64,000 bases of DNA from Alphaproteobacteria bacterium (GTDB lineage: Bacteria; Pseudomonadota; Alphaproteobacteria; UBA828), in the NCBI GenBank assembly GCA_965214705.1, contig OZ243972.1, positions 2,176,001 through 2,240,000 of the forward strand, in the 5' to 3' direction. The notes under the pieces are model-generated. The model saw only the letters and a program-made list of their open reading frames with translations. It did no database searches and was not told the DNA's origin. The position numbers and the translations under genes are program-made. This document shows positions 53,261-62,916 of the stretch, in pieces; position 1 is the first letter of the stretch, and the number at the start of each line of letters is the position of its first letter.

Positions 53261-54166
53261 TCAGGCGCCCTCGAGGCACCAGAGCAGGATCGACTTCTGC
53301 GCCGGCACGCGGTTGGCCGCCTCGTCGAACACCACGGATTGCGGGCCGTCCAGCACCGCGTCGGTCACCTCGCAGCCCCGCTTCGCCGGCAGGCAGTGCA
53401 TGAAGATCGCGTCGGGCGCCGCCATCGCCATTACCGCCTCGTTGACCCGGTAGGGCTCAAACGACACGTTGCCCTTGCGCGCAGGGTCATCGTGCAGCGA
53501 CACCCAAGTGTCGGTCACCACGCAGTGGGCGCCGGTCACCGCGCCGGCCACGTCGGTGCCGACCTCGATGTCGGCGCCCCGCTCCTTCGCCCAGGCGACG
53601 ATCTCGGCTGGCGGCGGGTACGCGGCCGGGCAGGCGAGGCGCAGGCTGAAGCCACAGTGCGCGGCGGTCTGTACCCAGGTCGCGGCCATGTTGTTGCCGT
53701 CGCCCAACCAGGCGACGGTGCGGCCTGCGATGGGGCCCCGGTGCTCCTCGTAGGTCATCACGTCGGCCACCAGCTGGCAGGGGTGGCTGCGGTCGGAGAG
53801 TGCGTTGATCACCGGCACGCTCGCGCCGTCGGCGAGCGCCAGCAGGGTCTCGTGGGAGCTCGTGCGCAGCGCGATCGCATCGACATAGCGCGAGAGCACG
53901 CGCGCGGTGTCCTCGATGGTCTCGCCGCGCCCGAGCTGCATGTCAGACGCGGTCATTGTGATGGTCTTGCCGCCGAGTTCGTCCATGGCGACCTCGAACG
54001 AGACCCGCGTGCGAGTCGACGGGCTCTCGAAGATCGCGGCGAGGGTCCTGCCGGCGAGCGGCGCGGCGTCGTTCCGCCCCTTGAGCGTGCGTGCGCGGTC
54101 GATGGTCGCGCGCAGCGTGGCGGCGTCGATCCCGTCGAAGTCGAGAAAGTGGCGCGGCTGCGTCAC
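53261..54166 (-). CDS. argF: Ornithine carbamoyltransferase
   Basis: STRTR, HPCQ, GDGNN, FMHCLP; GTGA overlap with argD. Confidence 0.95.
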   Translation of the reverse strand: MTQPRHFLDFDGIDAATLRATIDRARTLKGRNDAAPLAGRTLAAIFESPSTRTRVSFEVAMDELGGKTITMTASDMQLGRGETIEDTARVLSRYVDAIALRTSSHETLLALADGASVPVINALSDRSHPCQLVADVMTYEEHRGPIAGRTVAWLGDGNNMAATWVQTAAHCGFSLRLACPAAYPPPAEIVAWAKERGADIEVGTDVAGAVTGAHCVVTDTWVSLHDDPARKGNVSFEPYRVNEAVMAMAAPDAIFMHCLPAKRGCEVTDAVLDGPQSVVFDEAANRVPAQKSILLWCLEGA

Positions 54167-55332
54167 GACCTCACCTGGGCCAGGGCCCGCTCCAGCGCGT
54201 CGCAGGCCTCGTCGATCTCGGCCTCGCCGATGTTGAGCGGGGGCAGCATGCGGAGCACGTTGCTGTCGGCAGGCAGCGCCAGCACCTTGTTCTCGCGCAG
54301 CGCGCCGAGAAGCTCCATGTTGGGCACGACGCACTCCAGGCCCAGCATCATGCCGCGTCCGCGCACGCCGGTGTAGACACTCTTGTTACCGGCAAGCGCG
54401 GTCAGCCGCTCCGCCAGCAGCGCGGCGTTCTTCTGCACGGTGTCGAGGAACCCGTCGGCGAGCACCACGTCGAGCACGGCATTGCCCACCGCGCACGCCA
54501 TCGGGTTGCCGCCGAAGGTGGTGCCGTGGCTGCCGGGGACCATCGCCGCCGCGACCTCCTCCCGCGCGAGGCAGGCACCCATCGGGAAGCCGTTCCCCAG
54601 CGCCTTGGCGACACCCATGATGTCGGGCGTCACGCCCGCCCACTCGTGGGCGAAGAGCCGGCCGGTGCGGCCCACGCCGCACTGCACCTCGTCGAAGATG
54701 AGCACCAGGCCCGCTTCGTCCGCGAGCGCGCGCAAGCCCTGCAGGAACGCGTCGGTCGCCGGATGAACGCCGCCCTCACCCTGGATCGGCTCGACCAGCA
54801 GCGCTGCGGTCTCGTCGCCGATCGCAGCGCGGGTCGCATCGAGGTCGTTCAGGTCCACCTGGTCGAAGGCATCCACGGCAGGCTCGAATCCCTTGAGGTG
54901 CTTGGCCTGCGCGCCCGCCGCGATGGTCGCGAGCGTCCGCCCGTGGAAGGCGTTGCGGAAGGTGACCACGCGGTAGCGCTCGGGCGCGCCGCGGCTGGTC
55001 TGGTAGATGCGCGCGAGCTTGATCGCGCACTCCATCGCCTCGGCCCCGGAATTGCAGAACAGCACTCGGTCGGCGAAAGACGCGGCGGTGAGCCGCTCGG
55101 CGAGACGCGCCTGCGGCGGAATGTGGTAGAGGTTGGAGACGTGCCAGAGTTCTTTGGCCTGCCCCTCCAGCGCGGCGACCACGTGCGGATGCGCGTGGCC
55201 CAGGCTGGTCACGCCGATGCCGCAGCCGAAATCCAGGTAGCGCGCGCCGTCGGCCGTGTAGAGGTACGATCCCTCGCCCCGCTCAAAGGTGAGGTCGAAA
55301 CGGCCATAGTTGGCCATCAATGAGGTGGACAC
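54163..55332 (-). CDS. argD: Acetylornithine aminotransferase
   Basis: NSGAEA, FHGRT, EPIQGEGG, DEVQCG, AKALGNG, HGTTFGGN. Confidence 0.93.
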   Translation of the reverse strand: MSTSLMANYGRFDLTFERGEGSYLYTADGARYLDFGCGIGVTSLGHAHPHVVAALEGQAKELWHVSNLYHIPPQARLAERLTAASFADRVLFCNSGAEAMECAIKLARIYQTSRGAPERYRVVTFRNAFHGRTLATIAAGAQAKHLKGFEPAVDAFDQVDLNDLDATRAAIGDETAALLVEPIQGEGGVHPATDAFLQGLRALADEAGLVLIFDEVQCGVGRTGRLFAHEWAGVTPDIMGVAKALGNGFPMGACLAREEVAAAMVPGSHGTTFGGNPMACAVGNAVLDVVLADGFLDTVQKNAALLAERLTALAGNKSVYTGVRGRGMMLGLECVVPNMELLGALRENKVLALPADSNVLRMLPPLNIGEAEIDEACDALERALAQVRS

Positions 55333-55416
55333 GGCAGCGCCTCCCAAGATTTGGAAAGCGCGCACTATCCGTTCAGAGGCCCCTCAAGTCAACGCGCTAG
55401 CACGCTGAACAAGGGA

Positions 55417-57084
55417 TCAGATCGGGTATTCGATCTTCCCGAGGCGCGCGGACAGCTTCATGTTCTCGCCGTAGTCGATGGGCACGCCGATCACCGCCGG
55501 CCCCGGCTGCCTGAAGGCCTCCTCCAGCGCGGGCACGAGCTCATCGGCCTTTTCGATGGTGCGCCCCCAGGCGCCGTAGGACTCGGCCCAGAGCTGGAGG
55601 TCCGGGTTGGTGAACGAGAGGTCGAAGTGCCGGCCGTCGAAGGCGTTGCGCTGCTTCCACTCGATCAGCCCGTAGGCGCCGTCCATCCAGATCATGGCGA
55701 CGACGTTGAGCTTGCGCCTGACCGCAGTCTCCATGTCCTGCGCGTTCATGAAGAACCCGGCATCGCCGTTGATCGAGAGGATGCGCCGCTCGGGAATGGC
55801 GATCTTCGCCCCGAGCGAGCCGGGGAAGGCGAAGCCCATGGTGCAGAAGCCGTTGGAGATGAGGCAGGTGTTCGCCTCGTCGCACTGGTAGTAGCGGGCG
55901 ATCCACATCTTGTGCGCGCCCACGTCGGAGAGCAGCACGTCCTCCGGCCCCATGACGTTGCGCACGTCGTAGAGCACCTTCTGTGGGCGCATGGGGAAGT
56001 GGCTGCTGCCCCGCTCGGCGGTGAGGTCGTCGTGGATGGTGTGGCGCAGCGCCTGGCGCTCGCCGATATCGAACAGCGGCAGGTTCGCGCCGCCGTCGGC
56101 GCTGCGCCGCTCGATCTCTTCGTTGATCTGCCAGAGCGCATCGGCAATGTCGCCGGCGACATCGACCTCCACCTGGTAGTCGCCGTCCACCTCGGCCGGC
56201 CAGAAGTCGATATGGACGATGGTCTTTTCCGTGCCGCGGTTCCAGAAGGCCGGTGAGTACTCCACCAGATCGTAGCCGACGGAGACGATCACGTCGGCCT
56301 CGCGCAGCGCCGCGATGATGTGGTCCTTGCCCTGCAGGCCCACGGTGAAGAGGCAGTGCTCGTCGCCCCTCGGCACGGCCCCCTTGCCCATGAAGGTGTT
56401 GACCACGCCGATGCCGGTGAGATCGGCGAGGCGCCTGAGCTGCGTCGACGCCCGCTTGCGGATGGCGCCGTTGCCGGCGAGGATCAGCGGGTTCTTGGCA
56501 CCCATGATCGCATCCACCGACCGTGCCACCGCCTTGTAGTCGGCACCGGGGCGCCGGGTCTTGATCGGGGCGATCGGCGCACCGCTCGCCTCGTGCTCCG
56601 CGATGTCCTCCGGCAGCTCGATCAGCACCGCGCCCGGCTTCTCGGCTTCCGCGACCTTGAAGGCCTTGCGCACGATCTCGGGGATGTTGTCCGGCTGGTG
56701 CACCGTCTGCGCCCACTTGGTGATGGGGCGGAACATGGAGACCGAATCCATGTTCTGGTGGCTCTCCTTGTGGAGGCGCTGGGTGCCGGCCTGGCCGATG
56801 AGGCAGACCAGCGGCGCGCGGTCCATGTTGGCGTCGGCCACGCCGGTGACAAGGTTGGTCGCGCCAGGCCCCAAGGTGCCGAGGCAGACACCGGCCTTCC
56901 CCGTGAGCCGGCCGTAGACGTCCGCCATGAAGGCCGCCGCCTGCTCGTGCCGGCAGAGGACGAAATCGATGTCGCTGTCCATCAGCGACATCATCACGTC
57001 GGCGTTTTCTTCGCCCGGAATCCCGAAGATGTGGGTCACGCCCTCGGTTTCGAGGCATTTGACCATCAGATCGGACGCTTTCAT
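55417..57084 (-). CDS. Acetolactate synthase large subunit family (TPP-binding)
   Basis: FGIPGEEN, RHEQ, GPGATN, GDAGF TPP motif. Confidence 0.92.
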   Translation of the reverse strand: MKASDLMVKCLETEGVTHIFGIPGEENADVMMSLMDSDIDFVLCRHEQAAAFMADVYGRLTGKAGVCLGTLGPGATNLVTGVADANMDRAPLVCLIGQAGTQRLHKESHQNMDSVSMFRPITKWAQTVHQPDNIPEIVRKAFKVAEAEKPGAVLIELPEDIAEHEASGAPIAPIKTRRPGADYKAVARSVDAIMGAKNPLILAGNGAIRKRASTQLRRLADLTGIGVVNTFMGKGAVPRGDEHCLFTVGLQGKDHIIAALREADVIVSVGYDLVEYSPAFWNRGTEKTIVHIDFWPAEVDGDYQVEVDVAGDIADALWQINEEIERRSADGGANLPLFDIGERQALRHTIHDDLTAERGSSHFPMRPQKVLYDVRNVMGPEDVLLSDVGAHKMWIARYYQCDEANTCLISNGFCTMGFAFPGSLGAKIAIPERRILSINGDAGFFMNAQDMETAVRRKLNVVAMIWMDGAYGLIEWKQRNAFDGRHFDLSFTNPDLQLWAESYGAWGRTIEKADELVPALEEAFRQPGPAVIGVPIDYGENMKLSARLGKIEYPI

Positions 57085-57252
57085 GGAGCCCCCTTCCAGG
57101 GCGCGGACTCGTCCACCGCGCCCGGTTGAATGCGCGGCGCACGATGCGGCTGCGGCCCGCCCAAGTCAACGCGCCCGGAGCGCGGATCACGCCTCTGTTT
57201 GAACTGTTGAAGGATCGTGCGGAGCTAACGTCCAGCGCGACTCTGGCTTGGC

Positions 57253-57441
57253 CTAATGACGCTTGGCCTTGTGAGAAGGTGGAGCGGAGCGCGCTTTGTC
57301 CTGCAACGCCTCGGCGTCGTCTTCGCGCGCCTGCTGCGCGATGTCCTCCTCGTTCGTCGCATCCAGCACCGCACGATCGACCCGCCCCGGAGGAAGGCTG
57401 CGCGGATCATCCGGGTCAATCTTGACGCGTGTTTTGCTCAT
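57253..57441 (-). pseudogene. Probable truncated HTH antitoxin N-terminal fragment
   Basis: GGAGG RBS; RVKIDPDD..LP.GRVD..LDAT.E.DI..Q..EDD recalls the N-terminus of Xre/HigA-like antitoxins, but the ORF ends before any HTH. Confidence 0.5.
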
Positions 57442-57476
57442 GCTTCCGAACCTCCTTCCTCGTGCTGTAACGGCGC

Positions 57477-59810
57477 CTAACCTGGCGCGTCGTCGCCCGA
57501 GCTGCCTGCGTCTTCCGGTACGTCGCCGGTCCCCCCGCGCGGCGTGCGCTCGCGCCGCTTGGTCCGATTCTCCCTCTCCTCCTCTTCGCTGGAAGAGGCG
57601 GCGGCTGGCGCGTCCGCGTCCGCCCGCGCGTCTTCGATCACCACCCGGGCGGCCGGCGCGCGGCCCTGCTTGTCCTCCCCGAAGTAGATCTGCGTGTGGG
57701 GGAAGGGAATCTCGATCCCTCGTTCGTCGAACGCCGCCTTGAGCCTGCGGTTGTATTCCCGCCCGGTCGCCCACTGCGTGAGCGGCTTGGTCTTGAGTCT
57801 GGCGCGCACGATAACGGCCGAATCGCCGAAGCTGTTGAGGCCCATGATCTCCAGCGGCTCCAGCATGTTGGGGCCGATCTCCGGGTCCTGCTGCAGCTCC
57901 GCGCCCACCTCGCGCATGACTTCCACCACCTCGTCGTAGTCCTCGCGGTAAGCCACACCCATGTCGATCAGGTAGTAGGAGAACTCCTTGGTCATGTTGG
58001 AGATCGTGTCGACACCGCTGAACGGCACGGTGTGCACGTGGCCCTGCAGGTCGCGCAGCCGGATGGTGCGGATCGTGATCGCCTCCACCGTGCCGGTATG
58101 GCCGCCTGCGGTCACCACGTCGCCCACGGCGACACTGTCCTCCAGCAGGATGAAGAGCCCGGTGATGATGTCCTTCACCAGGGTCTGCGCGCCGAAGCCG
58201 ATAGCGAGGCCGGCGACGCCCACGCCCGCCAGCACAGGCGCGATATCCAGGCCGATCTCCGAGAGGATCATCAGCGCCGCGATCACGCCGACGACGACGC
58301 GGAGCGCGTTGCGCGCGAGCGGCAGCAGGGTGCGGGCACGCTGGCTCCGCTCTACCAGCTCGCCCTTCTCGTCGACCTGGGTGAGGTAGCGGTCGACGAG
58401 GGTGGTCGCCACTTCGAGCACGATCGTCGCAATGAGGGCGATGGCGACGATCGAGGCGATCGTCGCGATCACGGCGCGGCCGATTTCGCTCGCGAGCCAG
58501 GTGAATATGTCGGCGTTCCACGCTTCGAGGATGAGGCAGATCCCCAGCAGCAGGATCACCGCCTGCGCCGCCCGGCGTGCCACCGGCAGGTAGCGGTTGA
58601 CCCGTGCCTGTAGTCCCGGATAGCGCTCGTGCAGCTCGGCACGGATGCGAAAGCCTCGCTCGAAGCCGCGCCGGACGCCTGCGAAGCCGAAGCCCGTGGC
58701 CCAGGCGATCAAGAGAGTGAGCGCGCTCCCCTTGATCAGGAAGAGGAAGCCATCCAGCCCCTCCGCCGCAGCCAGCAGACCGCCGGCGACGACGTAGAGG
58801 ATCGCCGGGATGTGCCAGAAATCCGCGAGCTTTCCCAGGAACGCGAAGACCCTGAGGTGCGCCCGCGTGCCGCTGGTCCGCCCGGTCTCGTGCAGCCAGC
58901 GCGCGAACGCCAGGCGATTCTGCAGGATGAAGGTGATGAGGAGCCCGACCAGGAGGATGCCGAGCAGGCGGATCAGCGCATCGTGACCGCTCTCTGGCAG
59001 GCCGAGCAGCAGCGCCGCCTGGCAGAAGACGTAGCCGTAGGCCCCGATGTTTACCAGGCGCCGCCACCAGACCGAGCAATAGGCGGCGTTCTCGTCGGTG
59101 ATCGGGGCGAGGCGAAGCTGCGGCGCGTAAGGCGCCAGCACCAGGGTGCCTGCCACTTTGACCACGGTCACGATGAGATGCGCATTGATGATTGCGAGCG
59201 CGATCACCCGAACCGAGTCGACCGGCGATATCACGGTCAGCACGCCGTAGGCCACACCGGCCGCGATCAGGTTGGGTGCCGCCCCAAGCACGGCGTGATA
59301 AAGCAGCAGCACCGGCCGGAGCCAGAGGGAGGGTGCCTCCCGCCGCTCCACCCGGCGCCTGAGCGCGGTGAGCGCGTAGAAGGCGATCAAGCCGCCGATG
59401 ATCCCACCGGCCATGACGGCGGCCAGCTTGCCGAAGGAGATCAGCCAGGCGTCGCGCTCGCTCGGCTCGCCCCAATGCTCGACCAGCCAGGCGATGGCGT
59501 CGGGGATGCCGGCGATTTCCCGCGCGAGCGCGACGATGTGCTTGCCGAGGACGGCGACGCCGTCCGAGATCGCGCGCATGGCGGACGCACCCTCGGCATT
59601 CTCGCTCGCCTCCGTCGCCTGCTGGGCCTCCAGCGCGGCCTTGAGGTTCGCGATGAAGCGCTCGCGCTGCTCCGGCGATTCGAGGGTCTCGACCAGGCTT
59701 TCGAGGGCTTGAGCGTCGGCCGCGTCGGCGGCGGGCGCACTTTCCTGGGCAAACGCCGGCGCGCTCGCGGCGAGCCACAGGGTCGCCAGCAGCAGCGCCG
59801 CGGCCCTCAC
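57477..59810 (-). CDS. MscS family mechanosensitive channel (large, YbiO-like)
   Basis: GLAIGFGAQTLVKDIITG, GTVEAI.IR, IEIPFP; start uncertain (frame open to 59909). Confidence 0.9.
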   Translation of the reverse strand: MRAAALLLATLWLAASAPAFAQESAPAADAADAQALESLVETLESPEQRERFIANLKAALEAQQATEASENAEGASAMRAISDGVAVLGKHIVALAREIAGIPDAIAWLVEHWGEPSERDAWLISFGKLAAVMAGGIIGGLIAFYALTALRRRVERREAPSLWLRPVLLLYHAVLGAAPNLIAAGVAYGVLTVISPVDSVRVIALAIINAHLIVTVVKVAGTLVLAPYAPQLRLAPITDENAAYCSVWWRRLVNIGAYGYVFCQAALLLGLPESGHDALIRLLGILLVGLLITFILQNRLAFARWLHETGRTSGTRAHLRVFAFLGKLADFWHIPAILYVVAGGLLAAAEGLDGFLFLIKGSALTLLIAWATGFGFAGVRRGFERGFRIRAELHERYPGLQARVNRYLPVARRAAQAVILLLGICLILEAWNADIFTWLASEIGRAVIATIASIVAIALIATIVLEVATTLVDRYLTQVDEKGELVERSQRARTLLPLARNALRVVVGVIAALMILSEIGLDIAPVLAGVGVAGLAIGFGAQTLVKDIITGLFILLEDSVAVGDVVTAGGHTGTVEAITIRTIRLRDLQGHVHTVPFSGVDTISNMTKEFSYYLIDMGVAYREDYDEVVEVMREVGAELQQDPEIGPNMLEPLEIMGLNSFGDSAVIVRARLKTKPLTQWATGREYNRRLKAAFDERGIEIPFPHTQIYFGEDKQGRAPAARVVIEDARADADAPAAASSSEEEERENRTKRRERTPRGGTGDVPEDAGSSGDDAPG

Positions 59811-59907
59811 GATACGTGCGCGCGAGGCGCATGGGGCCGGCCTCTGGACACCCCGCGTGAGCGCGTGCCAGAGTGCCGCCGCCCTGCGATGCACCGGGAG
59901 GGACGAC

Positions 59908-60255
59908 ATGGCGGTGACTATTTACCACAACCCGCGCTGCTCCAAGTCCCGTCAAACATTGCAGTTGTTGCAGGACCGGGGCATCGAGCCGGAAATCGTG
60001 GAGTATCTGAAGACACCGCCCTCGGCCGACGAGTTGGGTGCCGTGCTCGCCAAGCTCGGGATCGAGCCACGCGCGCTGATGCGAACGAAGGAGGCCGCCT
60101 ACCGCGAAGCCGGCATGGCCGACGAAGCTCTCTCCCGCCGCGCGCTGATCGACCTCATGGTGGCCAATCCCATCGTCATCGAGCGGCCCATCGTCGTGAA
60201 CGGCGCCCGCGCGGCCCTCGGCCGGCCGCCCGAGAGCGTGTTGTCGATCCTTTAG
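59908..60255 (+). CDS. arsC: ArsC family arsenate reductase (glutaredoxin type)
   Basis: YHNPRCSKSR, IERPIV, GRPPE; GGAGGG RBS. Confidence 0.9.
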   Translation: MAVTIYHNPRCSKSRQTLQLLQDRGIEPEIVEYLKTPPSADELGAVLAKLGIEPRALMRTKEAAYREAGMADEALSRRALIDLMVANPIVIERPIVVNGARAALGRPPESVLSIL

Positions 60256-60272
60256 CCCTGCATCCGGTGCCT

Positions 60273-61223
60273 GTGACCCTTCCGGTCGTCTTTCACCCCG
60301 ATTACACGGTTCCGCTGCCGCCCGGCCATCGCTTCCCCATCGGGAAGTTCGGCCGGATCAAGGACGTGCTGCTGGAGGACGGCGTGATTCCTCAGGCGAG
60401 CCTCGTCGAGCCCACGCCCGCGTCGCGAGAGTGGCTGACGCTCGCCCATGATGAGGTCTACGTCGACACGGTGCTGACGCTCGCGCTCGACCGTCGCGCC
60501 GTCCGCCGGCTCGGGTTGCCGCTCTCCGACGCCCTGGTGCGCCGCGGCCGCGCCGCCGTGGGCGGGACGGTGCTCACCGGCCGTCTCGCGCTTGAGCACG
60601 GGCTCGCCTGCAACACGGCGGGTGGCAGCCACCACGCCTTCGCCGATCACGGTGCAGGCTTCTGCCTCTTCAACGATGTCGCCGTCGCCATCCGCGTGCT
60701 GCGCAGCGAGGGGCTGATTGAACGGGCCCTGGTGGTCGATCTCGACGTCCATCAGGGTGATGGCACCGCCGCGATCTTTCGTGACCAGCCAGAGGTCTTC
60801 ACCTTCTCGCTCCACTGCGAGGCCAACTATCCTCCCTCAAAGGAGACAAGCGATCTCGATATCGGTGTCCCGCCCGGCACCGGCGACGACGTCTATCACT
60901 CCGTGCTGGCGACCCACCTGCCGGCGCTGCTCGCGGACCATCGGCCGGACATCGTGTTCTACAATGCCGGCGTCGATCCCCATATGGAGGACAAGCTCGG
61001 CCGGCTCGCCCTTGGCGACGGCGGGCTCGCTAGGCGTGACCGCTACGTGATCGAGACCTGCCGCGAGGCCGATGTGCCGACCGCCTGCGTGGTGGGCGGC
61101 GGCTACGCCGACGATCTTGACCGGCTGGCGCTCCGGCATACGAGTGTCCACCGGGCTGCGGCCCTGGTGGCGGCCTCGGCGGACGGGCGCGCCAGGGTGC
61201 GGGTTGCGGGAGGGAGAGGATGA
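60273..61223 (+). CDS. Histone deacetylase family protein
   Basis: HRFP, GGSHHA, GFC, DLDVHQGDGT, GVD, GGGY. Confidence 0.92.
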   Translation: MTLPVVFHPDYTVPLPPGHRFPIGKFGRIKDVLLEDGVIPQASLVEPTPASREWLTLAHDEVYVDTVLTLALDRRAVRRLGLPLSDALVRRGRAAVGGTVLTGRLALEHGLACNTAGGSHHAFADHGAGFCLFNDVAVAIRVLRSEGLIERALVVDLDVHQGDGTAAIFRDQPEVFTFSLHCEANYPPSKETSDLDIGVPPGTGDDVYHSVLATHLPALLADHRPDIVFYNAGVDPHMEDKLGRLALGDGGLARRDRYVIETCREADVPTACVVGGGYADDLDRLALRHTSVHRAAALVAASADGRARVRVAGGRG

Positions 61224-62251
61224 AGGCTGCGGTGATCCACGGCTACGGCGAGGCCTTCGACACGATCGTCTACGAGGACGTGCAGACACCTGCGGCGGGC
61301 CCTGGCGAGCTCCTCATCAAGGTCCATGTCTCCGGCGTGAACCACTGCGACACCGACCTGCGCAAGGGGCTCTTCGGCGTGGAAAGCCCCATGCCGCACG
61401 TGATGGGCGTGGACGCGGCAGGCGCGGTCGCGGATGTGGGCGCCGGGGTGACGGGGTTCAGCGAGGGCGATCGGGTCGCGCCGCACTTCATGCTGAGCTG
61501 CGGCGCCTGCGGCGACTGCCGCGACGGTCGCGAGAACCTATGCCTGAACGCAGGCGTGCTAGGCGTCACCCATTGGGGCGGCTACGCGGAATATGTGCGC
61601 GTGCGCCACGACCACGTCGTCCGCATCCCCGATTCGCTCTCCTACGAAGACGCGGTGGCCGGCCAGATTCCCTTCGCTACTGCCTGGGAGGCGCTGATCG
61701 AGGAGATCGCCCTCCGCACCGGCGAGACGGTGCTGATCACCGCGGCAGGCGGCGGCGTGGGCTCCGCCGCGGTGCAGATCGCGAAGCTCGCGGGCGCACG
61801 CGTGATCGCCGCCGCAGGCTCCGAGGAGAAGCTGGAGAAGGCCCGCGCGCTGGGCGCCGACGCGGCCATCGACTACACCCGCGAGGACATCGGCAACGCT
61901 GCCCGCCGGCTTACCGATGGCCGCGGCGTCGATGCGGCGCTGGAGATGACCGGCGGCGCGATCCTGGTGGGCGCCATCGACGCGCTCGCGCCCGGCGCCC
62001 GGCTCGCCACCATCGGCGCCCACGGCGGCGAGCGGGTGGAGATCGACTTCATCGAGTTCTTCCGCAAGCACATTGCGGTGCACGGCTGCGGGCGCTCGAC
62101 CAAGGCCCATGTCGAGCGCGTGCTCGGGCTGATGGCGGAGGGCCACCTCAAGCCGGTGATCCATCAGGTCTTCGCCTTGAGCGAGGCGCCGGCGGCCCAC
62201 GCGTTGATGGAGAGCCGCAACTTCTTTGGCCGCATGATCATGCGGCCCTAG
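61220..62251 (+). CDS. Zinc-binding alcohol dehydrogenase / quinone oxidoreductase family
   Basis: CGACGDC...C structural Zn site, AAGGGVG, NFFGR. Confidence 0.9.
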   Translation: MKAAVIHGYGEAFDTIVYEDVQTPAAGPGELLIKVHVSGVNHCDTDLRKGLFGVESPMPHVMGVDAAGAVADVGAGVTGFSEGDRVAPHFMLSCGACGDCRDGRENLCLNAGVLGVTHWGGYAEYVRVRHDHVVRIPDSLSYEDAVAGQIPFATAWEALIEEIALRTGETVLITAAGGGVGSAAVQIAKLAGARVIAAAGSEEKLEKARALGADAAIDYTREDIGNAARRLTDGRGVDAALEMTGGAILVGAIDALAPGARLATIGAHGGERVEIDFIEFFRKHIAVHGCGRSTKAHVERVLGLMAEGHLKPVIHQVFALSEAPAAHALMESRNFFGRMIMRP

Positions 62252-62265
62252 TCCGGCCGATCGCG

Positions 62266-62916
62266 GTGCCCGATCCGCTCGGCAACTTCGCCTTCACCTG
62301 GCCGTTCTACGCTGGCGGGGTCATCGCCTATCTGATCGGCGCGCTCCCTATGGGGCTGATCGTGGCGCGCCTCTTCAAGCTCGGCGACCTGCGGCGCATC
62401 GGCTCCGGCAACATCGGGGCGACCAACGTGCTGCGCACCGGCAACAAGGCAGCAGCCGCGCTCACCCTGCTGCTAGACGGCGGCAAGGGCGCCGTTGCCG
62501 TGGTCATCGCCCAGCGCTTCGGCCCCGACATGGCGGTGATCGCCGCCGGCTGCGTGGTCGTGGGCCACATCGCGCCGGTCTGGCTGCTCTTCAAGGGCGG
62601 CAAGGGCGTGGCCACGACCTTGGGCGTCCTGCTCGCCATCGCGTGGCCCGTGGGGCTCGTCGCCTGCGGTCTCTGGCTCGCCGTCGCCGGTCTCTTCCGG
62701 TATTCCTCCCTCGCCGCCTTGATCGCGATTTGCGCGTCGCCAGGCTTCGCGATCCTCTTCGACATGCCGCAGATCTCGTGGCTCGCCGGCTTCCTCGCGG
62801 TCATCGTGACGCTGCGTCACGGGGCGAACATCGTGCGCCTCGCGCGGGGCCGCGAGCCCCGTATTGGCCGGAGCACCCCCGCCCCACCCGAAGCCGATCC
62901 CAAGGCGGACCAATGA
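62266..62916 (+). CDS. plsY: Glycerol-3-phosphate acyltransferase PlsY
   Basis: GSGNIGATNVLR, FKGGKGVAT, HGANI.RL..G.E. Confidence 0.94.
   Translation: MPDPLGNFAFTWPFYAGGVIAYLIGALPMGLIVARLFKLGDLRRIGSGNIGATNVLRTGNKAAAALTLLLDGGKGAVAVVIAQRFGPDMAVIAAGCVVVGHIAPVWLLFKGGKGVATTLGVLLAIAWPVGLVACGLWLAVAGLFRYSSLAALIAICASPGFAILFDMPQISWLAGFLAVIVTLRHGANIVRLARGREPRIGRSTPAPPEADPKADQ

Noticed and set aside
57253-59955. 900-aa minus-strand ORF and other very long Arg/Ala/Gly-rich ORFs (e.g. 30439..32637, 33613..35814, 35258..37501, 58629..60272 part)
   Set aside because: Shadow frames of GC-rich genes with no recognisable motifs; only their terminal parts matching real genes were kept
59908-60255. Arsenic resistance operon
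   Set aside because: No arsR, arsB or acr3 adjacent; solo ArsC-family genes are common
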